The notes beneath the pieces were generated by a model that had not been told where the DNA came from, made no database searches, and saw only the letters and a list, made by a program, of their open reading frames with translations. Source: Kudoa neothunni (Eukaryota; Animalia; Cnidaria). Taken from it: 64,000 nt of DNA. Where the stretch lies: the NCBI GenBank assembly GCA_964304625.1, contig OZ199838.1, forward strand, positions 4,737,354 through 4,801,353, given 5' to 3'. The position numbers and the translations under genes are program-made. Below, piece after piece: positions 52,116-64,000 of this stretch (positions within the stretch are counted from its first letter, which is position 1; every line of letters begins with the position of its first letter).

Positions 52116-54889
52116 TATTTTATAATCATATATTTCTCATCTTGTTGGGAGATCAGAAAATAAACTCGTATCCTACGAAGGGAAAACAAATCAAGTATAT
52201 AACCAAAAAATTCTTATTGAGGTAAAAACTACTACGGTCGCATCGATACCCATTCTGATGCCATGTTCTACGCATACCCACATTTTAAATTTCAATTGTT
52301 TTAGACGTTTGTTGTATTCTAATGAGACTACGCCAAAATTTTTAGTCATTCAAAAAAAAGTTTTATTTCTCTAAAAGTTACTGATTTTACTTAATAAGGG
52401 AACCTAACTGATTGTATTATCGGTCAGTAAAATATTAATTTTCTCAAATGTTTTGATATCCATTACATGGATAACTAGTTAATTTAATAAGGTAAAACAA
52501 ATATTTAGCGCGAGATTGGTATTTTTTATTCATGAACACATCAAACTATGGGTAATATATTTGATCAAATAATTAAATTGTTCGCTTGTCATATTTTTAT
52601 AAGATACTAACGCAAACTGCCCAGCGTTGCTTGAGGAAGACTTCGCGTGGAGACGTCTCTTTATAACATTCAAAAAAATATTGTTTCAAATTGATTTATA
52701 GAAGCAGTCAAACTAAATTTTTTTAAGCATCATAATTTGACGATTTTGCTTTCAAAATTTAAATGAAGATCATTTCTGCGCAGGAATGTATCAAATGAAT
52801 CCTAGTTTTTAACTAATAATTTCTTGTTCCGACACCAATGCTAAATAATTTAAGGTCAGTGTCATATTTACTTCGGTCTCCGAATTATTTAAACTCTCTC
52901 AAAGTGCGATCTAATACGTTTTTTTGGCCCAGGGGAGTTTTAAGTCGAATTCTGACCCAGATCGGAAAATATATGCACCACTAACTTTTTAAGGGGAAAA
53001 AAATAGAAAAAGTAATAGGGATAGAAGAAAACACAAGAAAGTAAATTTTTATCTCTCAAATTAATATCTTTTGAGCCCGCAGAAACTTTAATGCGCTTTT
53101 TCCAACAAGCATTGAATTATTTTGTTTCTTTCTTACTTATTAGCTCAAAAGTTATTTATTATTACTATTTAGATTTTTTGCTATTTGTGTATAACAATAT
53201 TATATGAACTAACTTTAAAAATAAACTTTTTGCAAATTTCACAAAAACGTCTCATTTTTCACTATAATCAAAATACTTAGTGAACTTTTAAATATAGATA
53301 TTAATGTAGTAAGATGTGTTGTTTTAGTTTATAATTTTTTTATAAATAAATAAATAAATTATTCAGTTTGTATTATTATAATTCAGGAACCTAATTTTTC
53401 AAAATGATAATTTAAAATTGTTTTACCTTGGAGTATTTTTAAAATATCGAAAAAAATATTAAGCTATATATATATATATTGTTTTTTAAGTCTTTTTATA
53501 TGCCAAAATTACCAAATAAAAAATTCAACTTAATATACAAACTGAGAATATTACAAGATGTAAACACAATATGTTAACTAGGGTTACTATTTTTATCATC
53601 ACACATATAATTGACTAAAACTAATTAATTTATAGAAATAAAAATTTTTTGAAGTTATAATAACAATATTTTTACGTTTATCGAATGGTATATTAAACAC
53701 ACGTAAGAATTCCTCTAATAAAGTAATAACTTCATATAATCGACCTTAAGTTATTTACCTATTGAAATTAAATGCCGATCTAAAATATAATGTTGATTTT
53801 TTATTAAAAAACTCATCAGCTCCAAGAAAATTAAGAAAATATATTTTGAGAGCACGTGGTTGTCTTCTCACTTTTAAATTACTCATGCTAAAAACCTATA
53901 AAAACCTTTATGATTAAATTTTATTCTGTATAATTTATATTTATATGGTAAAAAATATGAAATAGAACCAATTTATGAACGATTATCAAAACAAATTAGA
54001 GATAAATTCAATATTTGTTAAAAAAGATGGAGATTACATGTGTGTATCTGACAGCGTCCCAATGAAAATTTCTCAAAATTTCAAAATTATTATTTTGAAT
54101 TGAAATTTTTCTATCCATATTCTTTTATTTTATTATCAAGAATCATGAAAAAAGAAACGCGAAAAACATGCGCGAGAGGACGTTTATTAGGTGCCGCATA
54201 CTTTACTATTACCCGATATTTTATTGATAGACCTAATGAATATTGCAAGCCTAATATGTTTTTTGTTCTATTCAATAATGAAATGCATAAAGATTTATAA
54301 AAATGTAAGAATAATTTTAAAGAGCCAATTTAAAGGTATCTTGATACATTTTAATGTAAGTTGACACGTTTTTCTTCATTATATACTGGTTTTGAAAACA
54401 AAATTTTATTGGTATCGGTTTTAAGCATCGGTACTTTTTGGCGAGCACCGAGTACTGCTCCAAAGTTGGTATCGGGACAACCCTAAAAATAACCCCAAAT
54501 TCATTAGAACAGCGGTTCTTAATCTGGGGTTCACGGACCCCCAAGAGATCCGAGGACGAGTTCAAAAGGATCCGTAAGTGATTTCAATAAGATCTGAATC
54601 TAATTTTATCACCATACACTCGTTATAATTAGGTATTTTTTAACATTAGCATAATTATTTAAAATTTCAAATATACCCTTGCGTTATGTTTCTTATAAAT
54701 ACTTTATATTTATTGCAAAATTTCCTTGTGTTATAATATATTTTATAAAAAAATCGATAAAAACGAATTATACAATAAGTTATTGAATAAAAACTAAAAA
54801 TTTCCAAAAAATACTTCTTAATGCTGCAGACTATATGTAGATTTATCACTTCTTTTACAACGATCTATTATTGCGAAACTAGATTCTCA

Positions 54890-55952
54890 GGCTAAAGTAC
54901 GGTTCAGTGGAAATGTTCGCGCGACTTCGTATTATTTCGGCTTAAAAAAAACATTATTAAACAATCAAATAAACATGTTTTTAGTGTAAGTAAATCCTAT
55001 TTATTGTTTCAGTGTAAGAAGAAAAACGATTCTCTTTAAATTTCTTCTAAAATTGATACGAGGCGAGGTATGAACCAATCAATTCTGATGTTTTATTGGT
55101 TATGTATCTAAATTTCCTTTTAATAGCGCCCCAGATGGCCTCTATCTTATTTGTATGGACATCGTCAGCTGTTTTAAATTGTATACTATGGTTCACTGAC
55201 TCATGCTTATATCCCAGAGATTCAAGGCTGTTATATCCGCGCCGTTTGTCGGTCCAAATTATAGACCCACGAGTTACATGAGAGGTAATAATATCCTCAA
55301 GAGTTGACTGATTTCTAACTTCAGTCAAAACTTGAAATATGTTATTATTCTCGTCTACCCCGCCGACTATCCAGACATTTTGGTTAACAAGAACCCTCCC
55401 CTGTGGTATTTTCGTTTGCATATATTGGATTCATCGATCTGTACAACAACATCGACTCCACCAATTCGCACTCTATAGAGATTGAAATACTCAATATATA
55501 TTTCTCTAATATAATTCTACCAATTGACGATAGTCTCCCTTGATCCAATTTTTAACTGTTTTAGCAATGTCTCGTATGACATTTGCATGTTGAAGACATC
55601 CAAATACATTAAAAAGAATATTTGCCATAACGACAACTTTGAACCTTCACAAAATGTTCCTTTACGGATTGATATTCTTTTCTTACATGCATAGCATCTA
55701 AAATTATATTCATCGAGAACATTTTCCTTAACGAGCCCAATTTCTGAATGGCACTTATCGCATACTCTCACTTTAGGAATTAATCCTATATTTTGTAAAA
55801 ATGCAATAAATTTTTCAATGTCATTTTTAAACAAAAATATATCTTCTAAAAGAATAGAATCAACGTTTGAGAGCGAGAAGTTCATTTCTGATTGCGCGGC
55901 TCCGAAATAATACGAAGTCGCGCGAACATCTCCACTGAACCGTACTTTAGCC
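54890..55952 (-). mobile_element. Merlin (IS1016/ISXO2-like) DNA transposon, 1063 bp
   Basis: 51-bp TIR GGCTAAAGTACGGTTCAGTGGA(A/G)ATGTTCGCGCGACTTCGTATTATTTCGG with 1 mismatch; perfect 9-bp TSD AGATTCTCA at 54881-54889 and 55953-55961. Confidence 0.95.
55047..55885 (-). pseudogene. Merlin/ISXO2-type DDE transposase with a Zn-ribbon; one in-frame stop and one frameshift
   Basis: CxxC...CxxC-SIRKGTF, IGG..VVQIDES, WIVGG, IWTD, VNHS and HTNKIEAIW; TAG at 55517-55519; 1-nt deficit at the C-run 55398-55401. Confidence 0.88.
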
Positions 55953-57007
55953 AGATTCTCATGCTTATTACCATAAAAACAAAGCCACGAAATCTACTAT
56001 ATATATAAAGTTCTTATGTCTGTCAGTTTATGTTTCTAGTAGTACGCATGTGCCTCGAAGAAACTTTTTTTAAATGCAGCTTTTAGTTTGCATTAGAATA
56101 GATAATACCATTAATAAAAATTGTTAATTCACTTATAATTGATTACATTATCAATATCGGTATCAGAAGTAAGGTAATTTCTCGTTGTCAACATCAATTA
56201 ACAGATTAAAATGTATCTGCATAATATTGATGTTTGTTTACTTCAGAGGAATAAGCAATTAGAATGAACTTTTACTCATTATACACAAAGAGAATCTGTT
56301 AATTATGGTATAGAATGTTTAAAAATATTATGTATGCGTTTTGGAGTTGTTTTAAGACAGACAACATCTTTAGAACCATATTTACCAGAAATGTTGCATT
56401 CCCTCAAAATTTCTGGCATATCCAAATTATTTACAATGTAGATTCAGTTTAAAAGCATTATGGATATATTTAAGCGAAAAAGATTATGATCAATCTAAAT
56501 AAAACACATTATTCGAGATTATAAATTGTCGTCATCAAGGAATAATTTGATGGTTCTATAAGTATTCTAAAAACGATGTAAACTGTGTAGAGTTTTCAAA
56601 AGATTAAATTTTTCTGATAATTTCATAAATGAAAATTATACTCCATCGAAATTCTTGAGAATGAAACTATATTAGTCCTTTCGATAAGTTTTTATCCATT
56701 TTTTTTGTTTTCCTAAACTTTGTTGCGAAACAACTGGCATAACTAATTCAATAATTTTCTATATTTGATGGGATAATTTTTCAGTAATGCTTGAGCTCCC
56801 ATAAACCTGATTATTTCTTACCTTTAGACTTTAACATTAATATTCAAATCAATATAAAGTTTTGTTTAGGCCCAAAATAACTCGGAATGGTGAAAACCAA
56901 TACTTGAAAATATAACATACCTCATGCCATTGGTAAATGAAGAATTTATATCCAAGATTACTCCTGATTAAATACAATCAATTCACACTACGTACTACGT
57001 TAGTTAA

Positions 57008-58525
57008 CCCTCAAAGCACTTTTGGGATCCAAATGGACCCCAGGTCGACTTTAATCTCAATTCATTGCTCATTAAAAATGTTAAAGTGACTGGATCCAAT
57101 CATTATTATTTTTAAATTTTCTATATACTCATAATTTATTTTTAAAATTAGGAATTTTTTGTTTTCTAGGATTTTATATCAAATACTTATACCAAGCAGT
57201 TATTGGGTCCAGGAGGACCCCACTTTTTTATTTCACAAAAACTTTCATAAAATTATATAAAATAAAATATCTTGATTTCGAAAGGTTACATCCATTAAAT
57301 TCTGAGAAAAATCCAGGTTTATGTTTCCGACATTGATCGAGTGATACCGATTGCCACCGGCCGTTAGAAATGGAAGATTTATATAAATTTTCTAACGACT
57401 TATGATTCTGATTGCAGTTAAATTGAAGATATTATTGAAGAATGTGTCTCTTCATGTCATTATGATAGTTCAGATGATTATGACGCCACTAACACATATA
57501 GGAGAAAAAACAGTGTATTATGGCCTTCATTTGTGCCGTCAAATACAAAAATCAAGAAAGAAAACATCTCAAACAAACCTCTAGGTCTGACTGCATTTGT
57601 AACATCCTGAATTCGCAATTTACAGGATAGTTCTTCCATTTTTTTGATGATGAATTTTTCAATTCTGCCATTACTCACATTAATAAATTTGGTGCATTTC
57701 ATTACGGATGCAAATGGGAAATCAAAATATAGTGAAATATAAACCATACATAGGAATTCTTAAATATATGTCAATATCTAAATATAAAATGGAGTCTCTT
57801 AAGCAATTGTGGAGCTTGAATAAAGGACATCATATACTTCGTAGAATCATGCTGTTTTATACATTCATCCAAATAAACAGAAATTTACAATTTGATGACT
57901 GCAAGACAAGAGTTTGCGATGAGAAGTCGTAAAGTTTTTTCCAGTAACCGAAGTTTTCAATAGGTGGAAAAGTAATTTGCCGATGTGTCTAATTCCCTCC
58001 GCTCATCTTATTGTTGATGAACAATTAGTTTCATTGAGAGGCAGGTGTTCCTTTACGCAGTATATTCCCTCCAAACGTGCGGTGTATGTCATTAAATTTT
58101 TTCTTTTAACTGACCCTCATATCAATTATACACGTAATATTTTCGCTTATCTTGGAAGAAACAATGACCAGATCACTAAAGTGTTGGTGAAAAGGTTGTT
58201 TTAGAGCTCTCGTCGCACTTGAAGAGGCTAGTAGAAAAATTTTTTGCGATAATTTTTCAACTTCGACTCCGTTGGCAAACCAACTTCTTAACTTAAGTTT
58301 AATCCTTCTGGAGACTATCCGGGGTAACGAACGGAATATCTCATTAATTCTTAAAACCAAGGAATAGGGGGAGTTTTTTAGTTCAATTTTCCTAAAAAGG
58401 ACAATACGGTCATTTTATTAGCGACGCCCTCAAACAATATTAATTTGTGCCATGATCAGACAAAAAATCTTCAAGTTATTGTAGATTATGACAAAACTAA
58501 GGGTGTGTGGATACGTTAGATAGTA
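57008..58525 (+). mobile_element. Decayed piggyBac transposon
   Basis: TTAA|CCCTCAAAGCAC left end with GGGTCC/GGACCC subterminal palindromes; relic DDD motifs IVDEQLVSLRGRCSFTQYIPSK, FCDNF and YDKTK..VDTLD; right end not confidently located. Confidence 0.8.
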
Positions 58526-61483
58526 TCCCGTACAATACGAAAAAAGATGTATATTATGCGCTCGATTCTTTGATATAAATATAAAGAACAAATGTTATAA
58601 TTGCTCAGAACATCGTTGCAACATACATTCGAGAATTGTTTGTTAGAAACAGAAATAAAAAATGACCAGGAAAAAGTATTTAGTTACATATTATAATTTT
58701 GATTATTAATTATTAATCCATATTTTATTATGAATGATTGGCCTCTATGTGAGCTCGCAACGGTAGATGTGCCAAATTTTTTTTATAAATATCAGTTAGG
58801 TAACATTGTATTTTATAGTATTTTAAAAAATTTTATCAAAAAATTATAAGAGTCGGTAAAATCAGAATCATGTTGTTACAAGTGAACATAGGTATTTTCA
58901 AATATTATTAGAATTTTGGTAAATTCTACTATCCTTTTCGTAACTAGATAACGTTGTGAAAAGATCATATGGTATATTAAATATAATTTCATTCATATTT
59001 CAATACGTAAAATTAATAAATAAATGCTCGGAAGACATCGACTACCACCCCACACAAATAAATTATGATTATTTCGTTATCGCTCCTGTAAAAAAAAGTT
59101 TTAAAATAATATAATTATATTTCATAATGCTGTGTATCGTAATAAGAAATAAAAATTCGGGGGTCCCATTAATCTGAGAATAATTAAATAAAAATGTTAT
59201 TATGATAATATCAAATAGTACGTTTATTTTTTAAAAAGAGCACTCTGAAGATAAAAAAATTGATATTTAACATTACTGTAATTTTTCAAACCAAAAACAC
59301 CTTAACATTTTAGGTTTCATCATATTTTGTAAATTCAATTATATGATTTTTATACAGTTAATAATTTGTTGAAGAAAGATTACATTTATATAAACATTGA
59401 AAAATATTGTTAAAAGAACGAATGTATAATTTTTCGCTCACAGATTATTAAAACCTGATTAACAACCTTCATAAAATTATGAGATAGGAGTAACAATAAA
59501 TATTTTTATTTCACACGCATTTTGGGTTTATTTTATTTTTGTTTCTTATCACTTGCAGAGTAATAATAAGTTTTGGGACTAGAAGAATTAATTTTTATCG
59601 CCAAATATTGAAAAAAACTGAAAGTCCTGTTTTAAATTGCCTAATGGATTTTTTTATAAGAAAATAGATATTAACAGTTAATTAGATTGCCCATAAAATT
59701 ATAATCATTGTATTTTTGGTCAATAATTTGTTGTATGATAAACTTAAAAATACTCATTAATTTTCTCTCAATACCTCTATTTACATTTTACTGAAAGGTG
59801 CATGCATATTTTGGTGTATCTAACTCACCACGATGCAAAAATAATGCCAAGTTTAAAAATGCATAAATTAGAATGGAGATATAAACTTTACAAGGTTTAA
59901 CGTGCCAATTAAATATACTTTACCGTAGAATTTATCCATTCAAGAATAAAATTATAAGTTAAAATTTTCCACCACAGTACCAGGCAAAGATGGGCATTAG
60001 AGCATGTCGCTTATATGTGTGTTGCTATTCACAATGCTTTGCCAGAATTATGTGAACTTATTGATAAAAGCACCTACAAAAATATCATTTAATATTCTTT
60101 TAAGTCTATTATTTTATAAGATGGTTTTTGCATTAATCTCGCATTTTGTTTTAATTTTTAATAATAATAAATAATAATTTCTCGTTAGTTAACTCTTTAT
60201 TTTAATAAACACAATCATTAATCAAAATAATGATTTTATCCTCAAACATTTACGCGTGTATAGATAATAATTCAACAAACTTCATTAAATTTTTTAATTT
60301 AAAATATTACGCATCTCTGTCTATACTTGGTTAGAATTTTAATATTTTCAACAAAAAATTACAGAAAATTATTTCATAGTTGTTAATTTTTTGTTTAATA
60401 TCAAAAATAATTTATGTCAGTGATTAAAAAATTTTAACACAGTAAAAAACCAATTTCACGCACTCGCGTACGCAATTATTTCATAAAAAATTGGCATTTA
60501 ATAATGATTAAATTGCGTTTATAAAGAGTAGCTAACTATACATTAATTTTTAAACGATTATTAAAACTCGAGAAACATGTTAACGGCACAAAAATATTTT
60601 TCAACGATCTATAAGATACTCTTCTTATTGCTATCAGTAGAATAGGGTAGTTTCGTCTACATTGTAAATAAAATTTTCAGAGTATTTTTTAAAAAATGTT
60701 TTGATTTGATTGGTCTACTATGAAGTAGTTTCAGCGGTAGCATCAGCAGATTAGTTAATAAAATTCGATTTTCAAACGTGAAAACTTTTTTAGAGCAGCG
60801 AAACCCACCACGAATAGCACATAAAGGTAAACCTTTTTCTTGGGTAAATTGATTTCTCTTGATGATTCTCTTGACGACGCTTACTACAATCTTTCTGCTT
60901 CGTGTCCACCCAATCCATTCACATACATCTCCATCAAAAGAATTAAATTGTCCTGCATGCAAATAATATCTATTTTTAGATTCTACAAACATTTATAGGT
61001 TTTGATTATTTTATTTATCATCTCTAGGATGTCATTAGGAGTCGAGATAATCGATATTTTAAAATGTGATACAGTGGCAGTTTTTGGATCATTAGATTGA
61101 AGACTTTCATAATAATTAGTAATATTATACTCTTCGACAATAAATATAGTTTAGGAGTTTTTTGACATTAAATATTGAATTAACCAAATAATAAACAAGA
61201 AGTACCCAAAAGAGGTGCGTGAAATTGGTCGATCACGTGACTGTTAGTTACGTTAATTAGCAACTTGTTAAAATAACTTTTATAAAACTTTTGACTGAAA
61301 TATTATAAGAAACATATTATAGAAACAATGATAGATCAATATTCTAACTCAATAGATTTTTAAAAAGTGCGTGAGATTGGTTACTTACTGTATATATTAA
61401 AAAAAACCATTAAATAACTAATTTAATTTACATAATAAACATTTTATTAAAAATGGGCACATTAGATAAACAATTTAAGTTAA

Positions 61484-61648
61484 CCCTTTAGTTCCCAAAT
61501 TTTTCGTTTTCATCAAGGATTTTTTTGATTAAACTAATATAAAAATTATAACTAATTTGAATGTTATTTTTTTAAAAATAAATAATTTAACAAAATTTTT
61601 AAATCGTTTTTAATCCGTCCATTGAAATGAACAATTTGAACGAAAGGG
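61484..61648 (-). mobile_element. 165-bp piggyBac-type mini-MITE (inverted relative of 38512-38675)
   Basis: TTAA|CCCTTTAGTTC ... GAACGAAAGGG|TTAA. Confidence 0.75.
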
Positions 61649-61738
61649 TTAAAATATTTATATGTATGATTGGATTACACATTAAAACAAATTAGGGGCC
61701 CGCATGTAAGAAAGGTTAAAAAACACTGCATTGGAAGG

Positions 61739-61826
61739 TTAATTACATTTGTTATGGATTATCTCTTTTGATTGTACAGTATTTGACCACCCCCGATTCA
61801 GGTGGTCGATAACAAATTCTAATTAA
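61739..61826. repeat. Solo copy of the ~80-bp hairpin repeat
   Basis: TAATTACATTTGTTAT ... ATAACAAATTCTAATTA terminal inverted repeat plus internal GACCACC/GGTGGTC stem. Confidence 0.7.
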
Positions 61827-62000
61827 CAGTTAATCTTGTGATCAGTGACGGGGACACGAGTGTCATATTTTGATACTTAAACGTGAAAGTTCCCACACGA
61901 TTTTATTCGTAAACACATTAGGTGGTAAACGACCAGTAGTTTATCAGTTTATCGCTTAGAATAAGAGCGCATTATATTCTTAGACATACATTTAACTCTA

Positions 62001-62444
62001 TTATAACAAATCCAGTCTATCAAGCAGTTCTTCGAATATCATAAATAACCAATATAACAACTGTATGCTTAAAATATTGCGCCGAACCCAATTCATTCTA
62101 GCACCCTTTTCCTTCTATATGTCTGCGCAGTTATATCCTCCTGAAATCTCCATCATTAAATAATAATACGATTAGCACAGCAACAATAGAGATATTATTT
62201 CTATTGACAAAAGCACAAGCTTCTTTTATGTCCTTTACAAAAGAACTAATCTCTGAATCCACATCATAACTATACCTACAATTCTATCTGCTTAGGGATG
62301 GAAGCGACAGTTGACTTTCGTGTCTTAATCAGCCACTAACGAGTTGATCAGAGGCGAATAACATAATTAGCTTCTCGGATATGCACTCGTTCGCGAGCAT
62401 ACCCGAACAATTTCCCGAAAATACGTTTGAAGTGCTGTGCTCAT
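62001..62444 (-). CDS. Predicted small orphan gene (~84 aa, 5 exons), absent from the ORF track
   Basis: Manual splicing with four short GT-AG introns gives MSTALQTYFREIVR|WLIKTRK|YSYDVDSEISSFVKDIKEACAFVNRNNISIVA|EDITAQTYRRKR|LLYWLFMIFEELLDRLDLL*; no homology recognised. Confidence 0.4.
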
Positions 62445-62705
62445 CACATGATCAAATCAAATTTGGGCGGTATATTTTTGTTTTTTGTACACCACGATTA
62501 GTTCACCAATAAATACCATTACATTCTAAATTATTTTGTTGGTTAGCGCGCGATAAAATTATAAATTTTTAACGGCAAACCATTTTAAAGCTCGTATTCT
62601 TGATTGGTTCCAGCAATTATTTAATGCATAATAGGAAGCGTTTTCTTCGTTTCGGAGTGTTTAAAACTATTTTTAATGGCCCTAAAATTAGACAAAAATC
62701 AAGAT

Positions 62706-63817
62706 ATGTCTCAGCTGGCCAATTATCCCACTGAAAGTTATGATTCGGGTGGCAACTATAAAGATGAGTCGACCTATCAACCTAGTTGTATAAATCGTAG
62801 TGCAATATCAACCACCACTGCTGGTGCTGAAGGTTTTTTGGGATAAGTTGTGCGCGAATGAGCTTTTCTTTAGATCCGACTATGGCGCCACCAACAACCA
62901 CAACCACCTATGTGGCTAATGCGCCTGCCAATTTTTCACTTGAAGAACTAGAAAATATGAACAATAACATAATTATTGAGAATGCGAATGGACCAGATAC
63001 ATTCAATTCTAATTCGATCGCCTATTCACTTGAAACATTCTCCAACAATGAAGATCTATATTTAATGTTACAACATTACCAAAATAACCCCGCAGCCAAT
63101 GAACAAACACCCCTTATTATCGATTCTGATTTACAAAATCAACAGTTGTTTTTGAACAAAATTAATGAAGAGCTGAAGTAGGTTGATCGTTGGTGATGGT
63201 GTTTGGTATAATTTCCTGATTCATAGCAAACAACCATCGATTGAACAACCTAAACCATCCTCAAGAAAGAAATCGGCTGATGGTAAATCATCAACTCGAA
63301 ACGTTCGTGATGAACGACGTAGAAGCAGTCACAATGAAGGTAGTTGTTGCTATGATTGGTTTTGTAATGTGTTGTTAAATTAGTTGAAAGAAAGAGACGA
63401 GGCAAAATCAACGCTCTCATCAATCAACTCAACCAACTTGTGCCCGAAACATATGGCGCGGACGATTCCAACACTTCTGGAGTAATTGTTCACCTACTTG
63501 CTCAGTTTAATAACCAATATTGTAATTTCGTGTATTTAAATAAATAGAACAATGGGAGCAAAGGCAAAGTACTATCACGTATCTATGAGTACATGTTCGA
63601 TATCACCGAACAAAACAAACATTTTGAACAAATCTGCCAGGAAAATGCCGCTTTGAAGCGTGAACTTGAAGTTCTTAAATATCATCATCAGAACTGTACA
63701 TATACCAACAACTCCTGCGAACAACCCCCCTCCAACACAACTGCAAATATCTGCCAACATCAACCACCTATCAACTACCATGATATCACTTCCAGTCGAA
63801 ACCCACCACAATTGTAA
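62706..63817 (+). CDS. USF: USF-like bHLH-leucine zipper transcription factor, 5 exons
   Basis: RDERRRSSHNE|VERKRRGKINALINQLNQLVP...SKGKVLSRIYEYM followed by heptads (EQICQENAALKRELEVLK); four GT-AG introns splice in frame. Confidence 0.8.
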
Positions 63818-64000
63818 ACTTTGTCTATAGCTTCTTCATTGGTTTTAAATTTTTTTTTTCGGTGCTGTTGCCATTTTTCTTTTATCCTGATGTTATGATT
63901 TTTGTCGTCGCCCTACTTCACTAATAAAGTTTTTTAAGTTTGATGTGGATTTTAATGTGACTGAGCGTAATACAGTTTTTCGAATGATAATTATTACACA

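Noticed and set aside
60657-60992. 111-aa minus-strand ORF
   Set aside because: No recognisable motif or splice context; possibly TE debris

Overview
AT-rich eukaryotic nuclear DNA with very short GT-AG introns (mostly 40-60 nt) and dense transposon debris. It is probably a reduced animal genome; a myxozoan or other compact parasite is my inference only. Recognisable host genes are an ACSL3/4-like acyl-CoA ligase (two frameshifts and a ~133-aa insert), glucosidase II alpha (GANAB, 23 exons, intact), Rab35 and a USF-like bHLH-ZIP factor. There is also a large divergent helical-repeat gene split by TE-filled introns, an orphan single-pass membrane protein and a probable tiny multi-exon gene head-to-head with USF. 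Mobile elements include Tigger/pogo, Tc1 DD34E, piggyBac relics and MITEs, hAT/Buster, Merlin, Helitron-like ends and three tRNA-headed SINE copies. The most notable findings are: two SINE types with different tRNA-like heads sharing one ~200-nt 3' tail; hAT elements repeatedly inserting at CCCTAA(A/G)G, a motif carried inside hAT MITEs themselves; transposases carrying host-sized 40-41-nt introns; an ~80-bp hairpin repeat; and five indels that are each repaired by adding one C to a + strand C-run, most likely an assembly artefact. No CRISPR array, rRNA or bona fide tRNA gene was seen.
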